DNA of 32,000 bases, taken from positions 180,001 to 212,000 of the forward strand of contig NZ_CP180230.1 of assembly GCF_047555085.1 (NCBI RefSeq), written 5' to 3'. Position numbers and translations under genes: made by a program. Each line of letters begins with the position of its first letter. Position 1 is the stretch's first letter. Source of the stretch: Candidatus Saccharimonadota bacterium. GTDB taxonomy: Archaea; Nanohalarchaeota; Nanosalinia; Nanosalinales; Nanosalinaceae. The notes beneath the pieces are model-generated. The model was not told where the DNA came from, did no database searches, and saw nothing but the letters and a program-made list of their open reading frames with translations. This document shows positions 16,136 to 25,138 of the stretch, piece by piece.

Positions 16136-17329
16136 ATGACAGAAGAAACTGAACAGGAACAGGACGAGTTTGCAGATCTGGATATGGCCAGTATGGACTG
16201 GGAGTACTACTCCGATACGTTTGGAATAGAAGGAGCTATCAAGGAACAGGTCGGAGACTTCATAGTCAAGGAACTTGCCCGTCATGATACCGGTGAAGGA
16301 GATCACGTCATAGTTCAGTTGAGGAAGCAGAACATGACTACTCTGGAAGCTATAGGAAAGCTTTCAAACATGCTCCATATCTCCAGAGACAGGATCGGAT
16401 ACGCTGGAAACAAGGACAAGAGAGCAGTCACGGAACAGTATATTTCAATTCAGGGAGTTTCTCCTGAAGATGTAAGACAGATATTCACTGATGAATTTGA
16501 TCTTGAAGTTATCGGCATGAACGGCCATATCGGCCTTGGAAATCTTGATGCTAACCGTTTTGAAATTGTAATTAGAGATCTTAATCTTCCTATTGAAGAT
16601 ATAAGGAACAGAACGTTGAAGATAGTTGATGAACTTGATGGAAAGTTCCCGAATTACTTTGGGGATCAGAGATTTGGCTCTGCAAGGCCTATAACTCACC
16701 AGGTAGGCCGTCATATTCTCAGAGGCGAGTTTGAGGAAGCGGTATGGACTTATATTGCCAAGCCGTATGATTCGGAGTACAAAAGCATAAGGAAGACACG
16801 TCAGAATCTCTGGGAATCCAGGGATCCCGAGGATGCGGCGGAAAAGTTCCCTGAAAGTTACAGATACGAGAAAACACTTCTTTATCACCTGACAAAGAAT
16901 CCTGGTGACTATAAGGGAGCTATAAAGCGCCTGCCTGAAGGCCTTCAGGAGCTTTTCATACATGCTTATCAGTCATGGATCTTCAATCGAGTACTTTCGA
17001 CTCTTCTGGAGGATGACTGGTACGATGAGAAGTATGAGATCCCTCTTGTTGGGTATAAGACTGACTTGAAGGACAACAGGCCTGAGAACTTGATCAAGGA
17101 GATTCTTGAGGAGGAAGGTGTCAGTCAGGAGGATTTCAGGCTTCAGGACTTCCCGGAGCTGCGCAGCGAGGGAACTTTCAGACGTGCTTTTGCTGATTTC
17201 CGGAACTTTGAGATTCTGGGGATCGATGAAGATGATCTGAACATGAATCAGAACAAGATGCGTGTGAAGTTCGATCTGCCGAAGGGATGTTATGCCACAG
17301 TTCTCCTCAGGGAAGTAATGAAGAACTAG
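16136..17329 (+). CDS. truD: tRNA pseudouridine synthase D (TruD/Pus7 family)
   Basis: GYAGNKDKRAVTEQ (catalytic Asp motif) and NYFGDQRFG match the TruD family. Confidence 0.9.
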   Translation: MTEETEQEQDEFADLDMASMDWEYYSDTFGIEGAIKEQVGDFIVKELARHDTGEGDHVIVQLRKQNMTTLEAIGKLSNMLHISRDRIGYAGNKDKRAVTEQYISIQGVSPEDVRQIFTDEFDLEVIGMNGHIGLGNLDANRFEIVIRDLNLPIEDIRNRTLKIVDELDGKFPNYFGDQRFGSARPITHQVGRHILRGEFEEAVWTYIAKPYDSEYKSIRKTRQNLWESRDPEDAAEKFPESYRYEKTLLYHLTKNPGDYKGAIKRLPEGLQELFIHAYQSWIFNRVLSTLLEDDWYDEKYEIPLVGYKTDLKDNRPENLIKEILEEEGVSQEDFRLQDFPELRSEGTFRRAFADFRNFEILGIDEDDLNMNQNKMRVKFDLPKGCYATVLLREVMKN

Positions 17330-17375
17330 AGGCCTGTAGCTTACTTCAAAGCTCTTTTTCCGTGTTCTTGTGTTG

Positions 17376-17386
17376 GATATATTAAG
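17376..17386 (+). promoter_or_regulatory. TATA-like box for the GT2 / GT-C / thioredoxin-like operon
   Basis: GATATATTAAG is centred about 31 nt upstream of ATG 17412. Confidence 0.4.
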
Positions 17387-17411
17387 TTTTGATTAGAAAC
17401 TTCTTCTTGTT

Positions 17412-18668
17412 ATGATGGATGTTTTACTGTGGCTGCTCTACGGAGCGACTATCTATGTCACAGTTTTCCTGCTGCTGGTATTTCTTGAGGGCGGAGAGTT
17501 GAAGCCTGAGGCAGAATGGCTTGGGGAATGGCCTTCGATCACGCTTGTTATCCCTGCTTACAACGAGGAAGACAGTATAGGGATGACTATAGAATCCTGT
17601 CTTTCTGTCGAGTATCCAAGGGACAAGATGGAGGTTATCGTTGTAGATGATGGAAGTACAGATAGAACAGAGGAGAGAGCCAGAGAGTACGAGGAAAATG
17701 ATATTGTAACTGTTATCAGTCAGGAGAATAAAGGAAAGGGAGGCGCCCTGAACACAGGCCTTGAGAATGCTTCAGGAGAGTACATGGCCTGTGTAGACGC
17801 AGACTCCAGGATCATGGAGGAATCTCTGAAGAACATGGTTTCTCTCTTCGATGAAGATACTGCTGCTGTTGCATCTGCGATGAAGGCCTACAAGCCGAAT
17901 AACATGATCCAGAAGGTTCAGTGGTTCGAATATATTGTTGGAATCTTCACCAGAAGCATCATGAGCATAATCAATGCTATACACGTTACTCCAGGCCCTC
18001 TAAGTATATACAGGAAAGATGTTCTTGAGGAGGTAGGAGGTTTTGACGAAGAATCCCTAGTTGAAGATCAGGAGATCTGTTTCAGGCTTCAGAAAAATCA
18101 GTGGAAGGTGAAAAGCTCACGTAAAGGTGAAGTATATACTATCGTTCCTCAAAACTTCAAGGAACTTTACCACCAGAGAAAAAGATGGTACAGGGGATCT
18201 ATAGAGAACCTGATAAAGTACAGAGAAATGATGTTTAACGCAGATTACGGCGACTTCGGGTATTTCGGACTGACCTCCAAAGTTCTTACAGGCGTCCTGT
18301 CTATGATGGCGGTCCTGATAATAACTTACGTGACCGTCCTCCCGATATACGATCTACTGCACAACATATACCATGTAGGGTTAATGAACTTCATATCCAG
18401 CGCAGGATCGCTTTCAATAGGCCTGATGCTGGAAAAGGCCTACTGGGCTGTTATCAGCATGCGTTTCACGAGTATATTGATGATAGCTACAATGTTTGTA
18501 GTATCGGCATCCATGGCGTACATGGCCGCCCAGCACACTGAAGAGAAGGTTCTCAAGCAGGGAGTGGTGCCAACGTTTATCTACCTGGCGTGGTATGTAC
18601 TTTTCGTAGGATTCATGTACATGATAGTTTTACTGGAAATGATTTTTGATGTAGAGGCGAAATGGTGA
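17412..18668 (+). CDS. Membrane-embedded processive family-2 glycosyltransferase (PgaC/NodC/chitin-synthase-like)
   Basis: Motifs are VIPAYNEE, VVDDGSTD, the DxD motif CVDADS, VEDQE and QRKRW (QxxRW). There is one N-terminal TM helix and about four C-terminal TM helices. Confidence 0.85.
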   Translation: MMDVLLWLLYGATIYVTVFLLLVFLEGGELKPEAEWLGEWPSITLVIPAYNEEDSIGMTIESCLSVEYPRDKMEVIVVDDGSTDRTEERAREYEENDIVTVISQENKGKGGALNTGLENASGEYMACVDADSRIMEESLKNMVSLFDEDTAAVASAMKAYKPNNMIQKVQWFEYIVGIFTRSIMSIINAIHVTPGPLSIYRKDVLEEVGGFDEESLVEDQEICFRLQKNQWKVKSSRKGEVYTIVPQNFKELYHQRKRWYRGSIENLIKYREMMFNADYGDFGYFGLTSKVLTGVLSMMAVLIITYVTVLPIYDLLHNIYHVGLMNFISSAGSLSIGLMLEKAYWAVISMRFTSILMIATMFVVSASMAYMAAQHTEEKVLKQGVVPTFIYLAWYVLFVGFMYMIVLLEMIFDVEAKW

Positions 18669-20092
18669 TGAGACAGGAAATAGAAAAACATGCAGCAGAT
18701 ATCTGGAACAATGACAGAAAATTCCTGCTAATACTTTCAGTCTTCTTTCTCACACAGCTGTACATAGTCAAAACTGTCTGGAATCAACCTCCAATATGGG
18801 ATGCCTCAATATACATAGGAATGGGACAGAGACTCTTCGCTGACGGCGCATTCGGAATATGGGAAGCCTTCAGGCCTCTAATGCTTCCTGTGATACTCGG
18901 CACGCTATGGAAGATCGGAGTCCCGATGATAGGAGTACCATACCTGCTTTCCACAGTAGCCGTCTCAACAGGCCTTGCAGCAGTATACTTCCTTACAAAG
19001 AAAACAATATCAAGAAAAATAGCGTTATATACAGCGGGAATAGTCGCATCTACAACACTGTTCTATGGATACACTCACATGATTTTGACAGGTATACCGG
19101 CATCATTCCTTGTCTTTGGAGCTGCATACCTTGCTTATCAGCGTGATAATCTTTTCGCAGGAGGCCTCAACTCGCTTGCATTCCTTACAAGATTCCCATC
19201 AGCGATAGTAGGACCAGGCCTTGCAGGATACGTTTTCCTGAGAGATGTTAAAGATGATTTCTGGAAAGCCTTCAAGAACGCTTTCTATTACACTTTAGGA
19301 TTTTTCGCCGTTGCAACACCTTTCTTCCTGTTCAATCAGCACCTGTACGGTAATTTTCTGAGGCCTATAACTGCAGGAGCCAGCGTTCCTGTGCAGTCAA
19401 ATCCTGAGACATACTTCTTTGGGCTTTACTATCTCAGGGAGGCCGTACTTGCCAATCCTTTACTGGTTCTTTTCCCTGTAGGACTGGGTGCTGTAATCTA
19501 CATGAAGGACTGGAGATACGGTAGCTTTGCAGCAGCACTTTTCACGCTTTACGGCTTCTTCACAGTATATCAGCACAAGGAGCCGCGTTTCCTTCTGCTT
19601 TTCCTGCCATTGATGGCTGTATTTGCTGCCAGAGGCCTGGAAATAGTAGAGGAGGAGATCGTTTCAAGATTTGATCTCACATCGGAGAACTTTATGAGGG
19701 CCTTTGTCGTTGTAGTATTGATTTTGACTTCGATAAGTTTCTCGATTACCTACAGTCAGAACCAGTGGACTAACGAGTATCGTGTGGAGTTCCTGGATGA
19801 GATGGATCAGCTGAACGGTACTGTAGCAGGTAATTATCCTGTCATATCTATTTACGGAAGGTTTGAGTATGTTGCTTTGAGGCCTGAAAGTATCAACGAG
19901 ACATACAGTCGTATCAAAGATGAAGTTGATTACTATGCGTTTGACTCCGGGGCCTGGTACTGTACGGATGCGATTCCTAACTGTCAGTCCAATATAGATG
20001 GAGTTGTGAACGAGATCGAAGAGCAGAATATTAAGAAAGTTCACATCGAAGGCTATAATCGTAACTTCACAGTTTACGAGGTGCCGAGATAA
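18662..20092 (+). CDS. Polytopic GT-C-fold glycosyltransferase-like membrane protein (HKEPRF signature)
   Basis: About 10 or more TM helices followed by a soluble C-terminal domain. The start overlaps the GT2 stop (ATGGTGATGA). YQHKEPRFLLLFLPL resembles the HKExRF..P..P signature of the ALG9/ALG12/PIG-B (GT22) mannosyltransferase family. Confidence 0.6.
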   Translation: MVMRQEIEKHAADIWNNDRKFLLILSVFFLTQLYIVKTVWNQPPIWDASIYIGMGQRLFADGAFGIWEAFRPLMLPVILGTLWKIGVPMIGVPYLLSTVAVSTGLAAVYFLTKKTISRKIALYTAGIVASTTLFYGYTHMILTGIPASFLVFGAAYLAYQRDNLFAGGLNSLAFLTRFPSAIVGPGLAGYVFLRDVKDDFWKAFKNAFYYTLGFFAVATPFFLFNQHLYGNFLRPITAGASVPVQSNPETYFFGLYYLREAVLANPLLVLFPVGLGAVIYMKDWRYGSFAAALFTLYGFFTVYQHKEPRFLLLFLPLMAVFAARGLEIVEEEIVSRFDLTSENFMRAFVVVVLILTSISFSITYSQNQWTNEYRVEFLDEMDQLNGTVAGNYPVISIYGRFEYVALRPESINETYSRIKDEVDYYAFDSGAWYCTDAIPNCQSNIDGVVNEIEEQNIKKVHIEGYNRNFTVYEVPR

Positions 20093-20094
20093 AA

Positions 20095-20772
20095 ATGAGA
20101 GAAGTCCAGAAATACCGTTATATCTTTGCAGCGGTTTTGACAATCACGATTTTCACACTCGGAGTACTTTTCAGTAACTTCGTCGATGATACAAGATACA
20201 ACTCTCTGCAGAACGAGATACAGCAGGACAACGTTGAGCTTGAAAGCAAACAACTTCAGTTAAACTATATCAGATCAGGCAATGTTGACTCATGTCAGGG
20301 CCTAGAAGCAGGTCTACAGGATATTGTAGCGAATTACAACAACAGGCTTGGAAATCTCCAGGACTATGAGGAGAACAGTTTCTTCCGCTCCGATGACTTC
20401 GAATCAATGAAGAATCTGTATGTCCTTTCAGGCCTGAGATACTGGATGTTCGCCGATGAACTGCAGGATAAATGCGACTACAACGTTGACACTGTTCTGT
20501 ACTTCACAACACAGATAGGCGACGCTGATGAATGTGATGCATGCGGATACACAGGGGAACAGCTTTCATTCCTCAAACAGAAGTACGGAGATCAGCTTCT
20601 GGTCTTCACAGTTCCTACAGAACTGGAGGACGGTATGATCGACATACTTGAAAGACAGTACAACATCACAGAGGTACCAACAGTTATAGTCAACGAGAAC
20701 GCCTCGAACCGTCTTGAAGGAAGGGTATCGAGCGACGAAATCGAAAAATTCGTCAACACCCAAGGTGAATAA
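20095..20772 (+). CDS. Membrane-anchored thioredoxin-fold protein (CxxC)
   Basis: N-terminal TM helix (YIFAAVLTITIFTLGVLF). CDAC motif followed about 50 aa later by EVPTVIV (cis-Pro loop-like). GAGGTG lies 11 nt upstream of the ATG, which is 2 nt after the preceding stop. Confidence 0.6.
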   Translation: MREVQKYRYIFAAVLTITIFTLGVLFSNFVDDTRYNSLQNEIQQDNVELESKQLQLNYIRSGNVDSCQGLEAGLQDIVANYNNRLGNLQDYEENSFFRSDDFESMKNLYVLSGLRYWMFADELQDKCDYNVDTVLYFTTQIGDADECDACGYTGEQLSFLKQKYGDQLLVFTVPTELEDGMIDILERQYNITEVPTVIVNENASNRLEGRVSSDEIEKFVNTQGE

Positions 20773-20773
20773 T

Positions 20774-21070
20774 TTGTCCAGAGGAAAAAAGACAGCTTTT
20801 GCAGCCATCGTATTTATTCTAGGGCTTTCAGCAGGCCTCACATTTTCATACATGTCTCATGAAGATGAAAGACAGGCCCGCAACTACTGTATGGATGTTG
20901 AGCAAGGCCTTCAGGATCAGATGGATCAGGGATTTGTCAACTGCATGCTTCCAGGCAAGCTTCAGGCAAATCTCTCTGAAGAAGTCGAGGAAAGATCGAA
21001 TCTTAGATGTGTTTGCAGGAGAAAGATAGGAGAAAACGTGGAAGTTATACAGATAACAACTGCAAAATAA
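20774..21070 (+). CDS. Small membrane-anchored Cys-containing protein (start reassigned to TTG 20774)
   Basis: AGGTGA (20763-20768) lies 5 nt upstream of TTG 20774, immediately after the preceding stop. TM helix AFAAIVFILGLSAGLTF, then 4 Cys. The track extension 20714-20773 overlaps the upstream gene. Confidence 0.45.
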   Translation: MSRGKKTAFAAIVFILGLSAGLTFSYMSHEDERQARNYCMDVEQGLQDQMDQGFVNCMLPGKLQANLSEEVEERSNLRCVCRRKIGENVEVIQITTAK

Positions 21071-21087
21071 ATTTTTTCTCCCTGTTT

Positions 21088-22047
21088 TCAGTAACTGTAC
21101 TTCTTCGGGATAACAAGTTTGTTGCTTCGGCCTTCCTTCTTTTTCTCAATTACTCCTTTATCCACGAGGCCTGAGACAATACCTGAAACTTTGGCCTTTG
21201 AGTAGTCCAGCTCATCTACAAGATCTTTCTGGAGGTACTCTCCATCGCTTTCCTTCAGTATATCCAGAACTTCCTCTTCATCCTCATCGAGATCAGGATA
21301 CTCATCAGAAAGATTTTCCCGCCTTAGCCTTCTTCTTACCAGGAAAGCCACAAGCCCTATCGCCAGGAGGCCCAGAATAATTATCAGGAGCTCTCTGTAG
21401 CTCTGGAAAGCAGGTTCCTCTGAAGGTGTGAAATCCTCGTAAAGTATGTAGAAACTGAGTGTATCACCAAGATCCGGCTCCAGATGCCATTTAACTGATA
21501 TCCGTCTCCCGTTAGTGTCTGTTTCAGCGCCGAGAGGACTGATCACCTGCTGTGACTCATTCTCGCGGTTCATCAACGCAGTTCCTTCAGGCAGTATAAC
21601 TTCCAGATCGTATTCATCGGTAGGCCTGTAGATAGGGTGCTGATAACGGAATATGTTCGTCTTGCCCTGATACTCTATAAGATCCTCCACCTGGTAATTA
21701 AGATGTACTGTGAAATTAGATTTTCTATCTGTTTCACATCTGATCTCCGATCCCAGAGCTATTTCCCTCGTACTGCAGTTCATCTCCTCCCCTTCCAGCG
21801 TAGCATTAACATCGGATATATCTGTTGAAGTAATGTAGATAAACGCATTAGAGGTAAGATCGCCGACAACAACATCTGTATCAACTGTCGAATCGGCAAG
21901 ATCTACAGTAACATCCTCTCTAACGATATCTGTAGCAGAGGCTGTGGAAACGAATAAAATAAGAGCTAGCAAGGCAAAAATTTTCTTACCTGAGATATTT
22001 CCGGCCCTCAAGGCCTCCGCTTGACGTGAATCTGGTGACACGTTCAC
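21088..22047 (-). CDS. Bitopic membrane protein: extracytoplasmic domain, TM helix and cytoplasmic C-terminal winged helix-turn-helix
   Basis: GTG start. Signal/anchor KKIFALLALILFVSTASA, an outside domain of about 190 aa, TM LLIIILGLLAIGLVAFLV followed by RRRLRR, then a MarR/TrmB-like wHTH (EEVLDILKESDGEYLQKDLVDELDYSKAKVSGIVSGLVDKGVIEKKKEGRSN). Confidence 0.65.
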   Translation of the reverse strand: MNVSPDSRQAEALRAGNISGKKIFALLALILFVSTASATDIVREDVTVDLADSTVDTDVVVGDLTSNAFIYITSTDISDVNATLEGEEMNCSTREIALGSEIRCETDRKSNFTVHLNYQVEDLIEYQGKTNIFRYQHPIYRPTDEYDLEVILPEGTALMNRENESQQVISPLGAETDTNGRRISVKWHLEPDLGDTLSFYILYEDFTPSEEPAFQSYRELLIIILGLLAIGLVAFLVRRRLRRENLSDEYPDLDEDEEEVLDILKESDGEYLQKDLVDELDYSKAKVSGIVSGLVDKGVIEKKKEGRSNKLVIPKKYSY

Positions 22048-22091
22048 AGATTAATAACTCCACATTTATGTTTACCTAGGGTGAATAGACG

Positions 22092-22499
22092 CTAGTTCTC
22101 ATCTGCTTCAGGATTTGATACTAGAACGCCTCCAACACCCATCTGGGCGTACTTGTGCATCATATTTGCAACTTCCTGGAGACTTTCCTGTGTGTCAGGG
22201 AGTTCCATCTCGTACGTGTCAGGGCCTTCAACCTGTACATAAGTAGGCCCGTAATTAATCACGGTCTTAATGGCTCGAGTATAGTTTTCAGCTTCTGCCC
22301 GCACTTCAGCGACCTGTGAAAAACCTTTTTCCAGGCCTGGATGAGGATTTTCGACTTCTTCAGATTCCTCTACCTCGTACTCTGTGATATCAAGCTCGTC
22401 CTCGCTCTTCATCTTTTCGATGTGGTCGTCAAGAGAGTTCTCAAGATCCTCTCTCGTCGGGGCAACAGCCTCGAAAACCATCCAAAGTTCTATTCCCAT
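22092..22499 (-). CDS. Hypothetical acidic protein (135 aa)
   Basis: Fills the gap downstream of ppsA on the same strand. Its composition matches the local proteome. No family recognised. Confidence 0.5.
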   Translation of the reverse strand: MGIELWMVFEAVAPTREDLENSLDDHIEKMKSEDELDITEYEVEESEEVENPHPGLEKGFSQVAEVRAEAENYTRAIKTVINYGPTYVQVEGPDTYEMELPDTQESLQEVANMMHKYAQMGVGGVLVSNPEADEN

Positions 22500-22535
22500 G
22501 AAAGATAAGAAGAGGTACAGCTTTTTAGAACTGAC

Positions 22536-25067
22536 CTATCGTTCACTGCTGATCGAGTAATACTTCTCACCGTCCTCTTCACGGACCTCAATCTTTCCCT
22601 CCTTCGCAAGCCATCCAAGACCTCTGTTCAGGGCCTCGTGATCAAGATCGCCTGTAAAGTTCAGTAATTTGTTCGCCTGAGCCTCTCCTTTCTCACGCAA
22701 AGCATCGTATATCTCCCCTGCGGAACCACCGATCTCTGCATTCACATCCACTTCGACCTCTACACTGTCTTCCGTAGAGGCCTCTTCGGCATCGGCAACT
22801 TTCAGTATTGTCTCAAGAGCTACATCAGGGCTGACAGAGATCGCATCAATCCCTTCCTCAACAAGGAACTCTGCGTAGTCTTCATGTGTTGAAGGGGCAT
22901 CGCCGCATATACCAACGTGTGCATCGTTTCTGTGTGCTCTGCGGATTAACTTGCTGACAGAATCCTTGACTGCTGGATCCCTCTCATCGAACAGCTTCTT
23001 CAACTTGTCGCTGTTCCTGTCCACCCCCAGAGTTAACTGTGTGAGATCGTTTGTTCCAACTGAGAAACCATCAAAGTACTCAGCAAACTCTCCTGCACGG
23101 ATAATATTTGAAGGAATCTCAGCCATCACAAATACCTCAATATCTCCGTTATCAAGTCCATACTCTTTCATCTTAGCCCTTACATTCTTCGCCTCCTCTA
23201 CAGTACGACAGAACGGAACCATGACGGTGATATTATCAAGGCCAAGATCGTCAACACATTTCCTCAAGGCCTTACACTCTAGCTCAAAGGCCTTGGAAAA
23301 TTCTTCATCGTAGTAACGGGAAGCTCCTCTGAATCCGATCATAGGATTAGCCTCATCCGGTTCGTAATCCTCGCCGCCCTCCAGCTCTGCGTACTCATCC
23401 GACTTGAAATCGCTTAGGCGTACAACGACTTGATCGGGATAGAAGGCTGCTCCAATCTTTCCAAGGCCCGACTTCAATGCCTCTACGAACTCTTCTCCGC
23501 GATCCTCCTCTATAAGCTTCAAGGGATGCTCGCCGACATGAGAGGAAATTATGAACTCTTCTCTTGCAAGGCCTACTCCATCAACAGGCAACTGCGCAAG
23601 GTGGAAGGCCTCGCTTGGCTCTCCAATATTCACCTGTACATCGGTATCAGTCTCCGGAATCTCCTCGAGGTGGTGTTCCTCAACGTTGAACTCCAGTTCC
23701 CCGTCCCATATCTTTCCTGTACTGGATGAGCAGTCAACTGTAACTTTATCGCCGTCTGAGATAACTGATGTTGCATTCTCCGTTCCGATCACGGCAGGTA
23801 CTCCAAGCTCCCTTGAGACGATCGCAGCGTGACTTGTACGGCCTCCTTTGTTCGTTATTATCGCTCCGGCCTTCTTCATGATCGGCTCCCAGTCAGGATC
23901 AGTCATATCCGTGACAAGAACTTCTCCTTCCTCGAACTGATCGATCTCCTTCGGCGACGAGAGAACATGTGCTGTACCTGAGCCAATCTTCGATCCGATA
24001 GCGCTTCCCTCAAGAATCACCTCGGACTCCTCCTCAAGTTTGTGGTCTTCAATTACGTTTTCATCTTTCTCCGACTGTACTGTCTCAGGCCTTGCCTGTA
24101 CAATGTAAAGCTTCTTGGTCTGTCCGTCCAGCACCCATTCGATATCCATAGGCTTTCCGTAGTGCTCCTCGATTCTCACAGCGTACTTTGCCAGTTCTTT
24201 TACCTGATTATCTGTAATACAGAACTGATCCCGCTCCTCCTGAGGAACTTTGACTTTCCTGTTCTCCTCATTATCTCCCTCTTCATGATTCTCGTTCCTT
24301 ACAAGCTTCTTCTCCTTGTCACCAAGCTTCTTTTCGATTATACCAAGATTATTCTTGAAAACAGTGAACTCATCGGGATTAACCTCTCCAAGTACAACGT
24401 ACTCACCCAATCCATACGAAGCGTTGATCGTCACCACTCCATCGAAACCGGAATCAGGATCCATACTGAACATGACTCCAGAGGCCCCGATATCGGAGCG
24501 TCCCATCTTCTGCACTACAGCAGAAAGCTTCACATCGAAATGAGAGAAACCTTTATCCTCCCTGTAACTTATCGCACGATTCGTGAAAAGCGAGGCAAAA
24601 CAGTCCTTGATACGCTTGATAAGATCCTGCTCACCTGAAACATTCAGATAAGTCTCCTGCTGCCCAGCAAAAGAAGCACCGGGAAGATCCTCAGCAGTAG
24701 CCGATGAACGCACAGCAACCATTGGATCATCGACACCTATCTCATCTTCAAGAGTTCTGTAGGCCTCTACAAAATCCTCACGCAGTTCCTGCGGCATATC
24801 TGCCTCTTTGATATGTGCGCGGATCTGTTCTCCACGCCTCTGCAGATCGTGAACATCATCTGTATCCAGGCCGTCAAGAAGTCTCTCGATCTTATCCTTC
24901 AATCCTGTCTCACGGATAAATGTGTCATAGGCCTCTGAAGTAGTGGCATAGCCTGGCAGAACAGGCACCTCTGTCTCGTTCCTTAATTCTCCAAGATTTG
25001 CGCCTTTTCCGCCGACTTTCGATGTATAATCGGCCGTGATTTCTCCGAATCCCAGGACGTTCTTCAT
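22536..25067 (-). CDS. ppsA: Phosphoenolpyruvate synthase (water dikinase) with an ~80-aa C-terminal winged-helix-like extension
   Basis: Full-length match to PpsA: ATP-grasp N-terminus VGGKGANLGEL, phosphohistidine segment GGRTSHAAIVSRELG.PAV.G and a PEP-utilising TIM barrel (GTNDLTQ). An extra tail contains LGWLAKEGKI. Confidence 0.95.
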   Translation of the reverse strand: MKNVLGFGEITADYTSKVGGKGANLGELRNETEVPVLPGYATTSEAYDTFIRETGLKDKIERLLDGLDTDDVHDLQRRGEQIRAHIKEADMPQELREDFVEAYRTLEDEIGVDDPMVAVRSSATAEDLPGASFAGQQETYLNVSGEQDLIKRIKDCFASLFTNRAISYREDKGFSHFDVKLSAVVQKMGRSDIGASGVMFSMDPDSGFDGVVTINASYGLGEYVVLGEVNPDEFTVFKNNLGIIEKKLGDKEKKLVRNENHEEGDNEENRKVKVPQEERDQFCITDNQVKELAKYAVRIEEHYGKPMDIEWVLDGQTKKLYIVQARPETVQSEKDENVIEDHKLEEESEVILEGSAIGSKIGSGTAHVLSSPKEIDQFEEGEVLVTDMTDPDWEPIMKKAGAIITNKGGRTSHAAIVSRELGVPAVIGTENATSVISDGDKVTVDCSSSTGKIWDGELEFNVEEHHLEEIPETDTDVQVNIGEPSEAFHLAQLPVDGVGLAREEFIISSHVGEHPLKLIEEDRGEEFVEALKSGLGKIGAAFYPDQVVVRLSDFKSDEYAELEGGEDYEPDEANPMIGFRGASRYYDEEFSKAFELECKALRKCVDDLGLDNITVMVPFCRTVEEAKNVRAKMKEYGLDNGDIEVFVMAEIPSNIIRAGEFAEYFDGFSVGTNDLTQLTLGVDRNSDKLKKLFDERDPAVKDSVSKLIRRAHRNDAHVGICGDAPSTHEDYAEFLVEEGIDAISVSPDVALETILKVADAEEASTEDSVEVEVDVNAEIGGSAGEIYDALREKGEAQANKLLNFTGDLDHEALNRGLGWLAKEGKIEVREEDGEKYYSISSER

Positions 25068-25138
25068 ACAATCTAACTGGGCCTCGCCGCCATAAAAAGG
25101 ACTTGTTAGTATAGAAAAGTGAAAAATCTGTATAGGCT

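Noticed and set aside
20714-20773. Upstream 20 codons of the small membrane-protein ORF (track start at 20714)
   Set aside because: This segment overlaps the thioredoxin-like gene's 3' end in another frame. An SD-like AGGTGA sits 5 nt before TTG 20774, right after the upstream stop.
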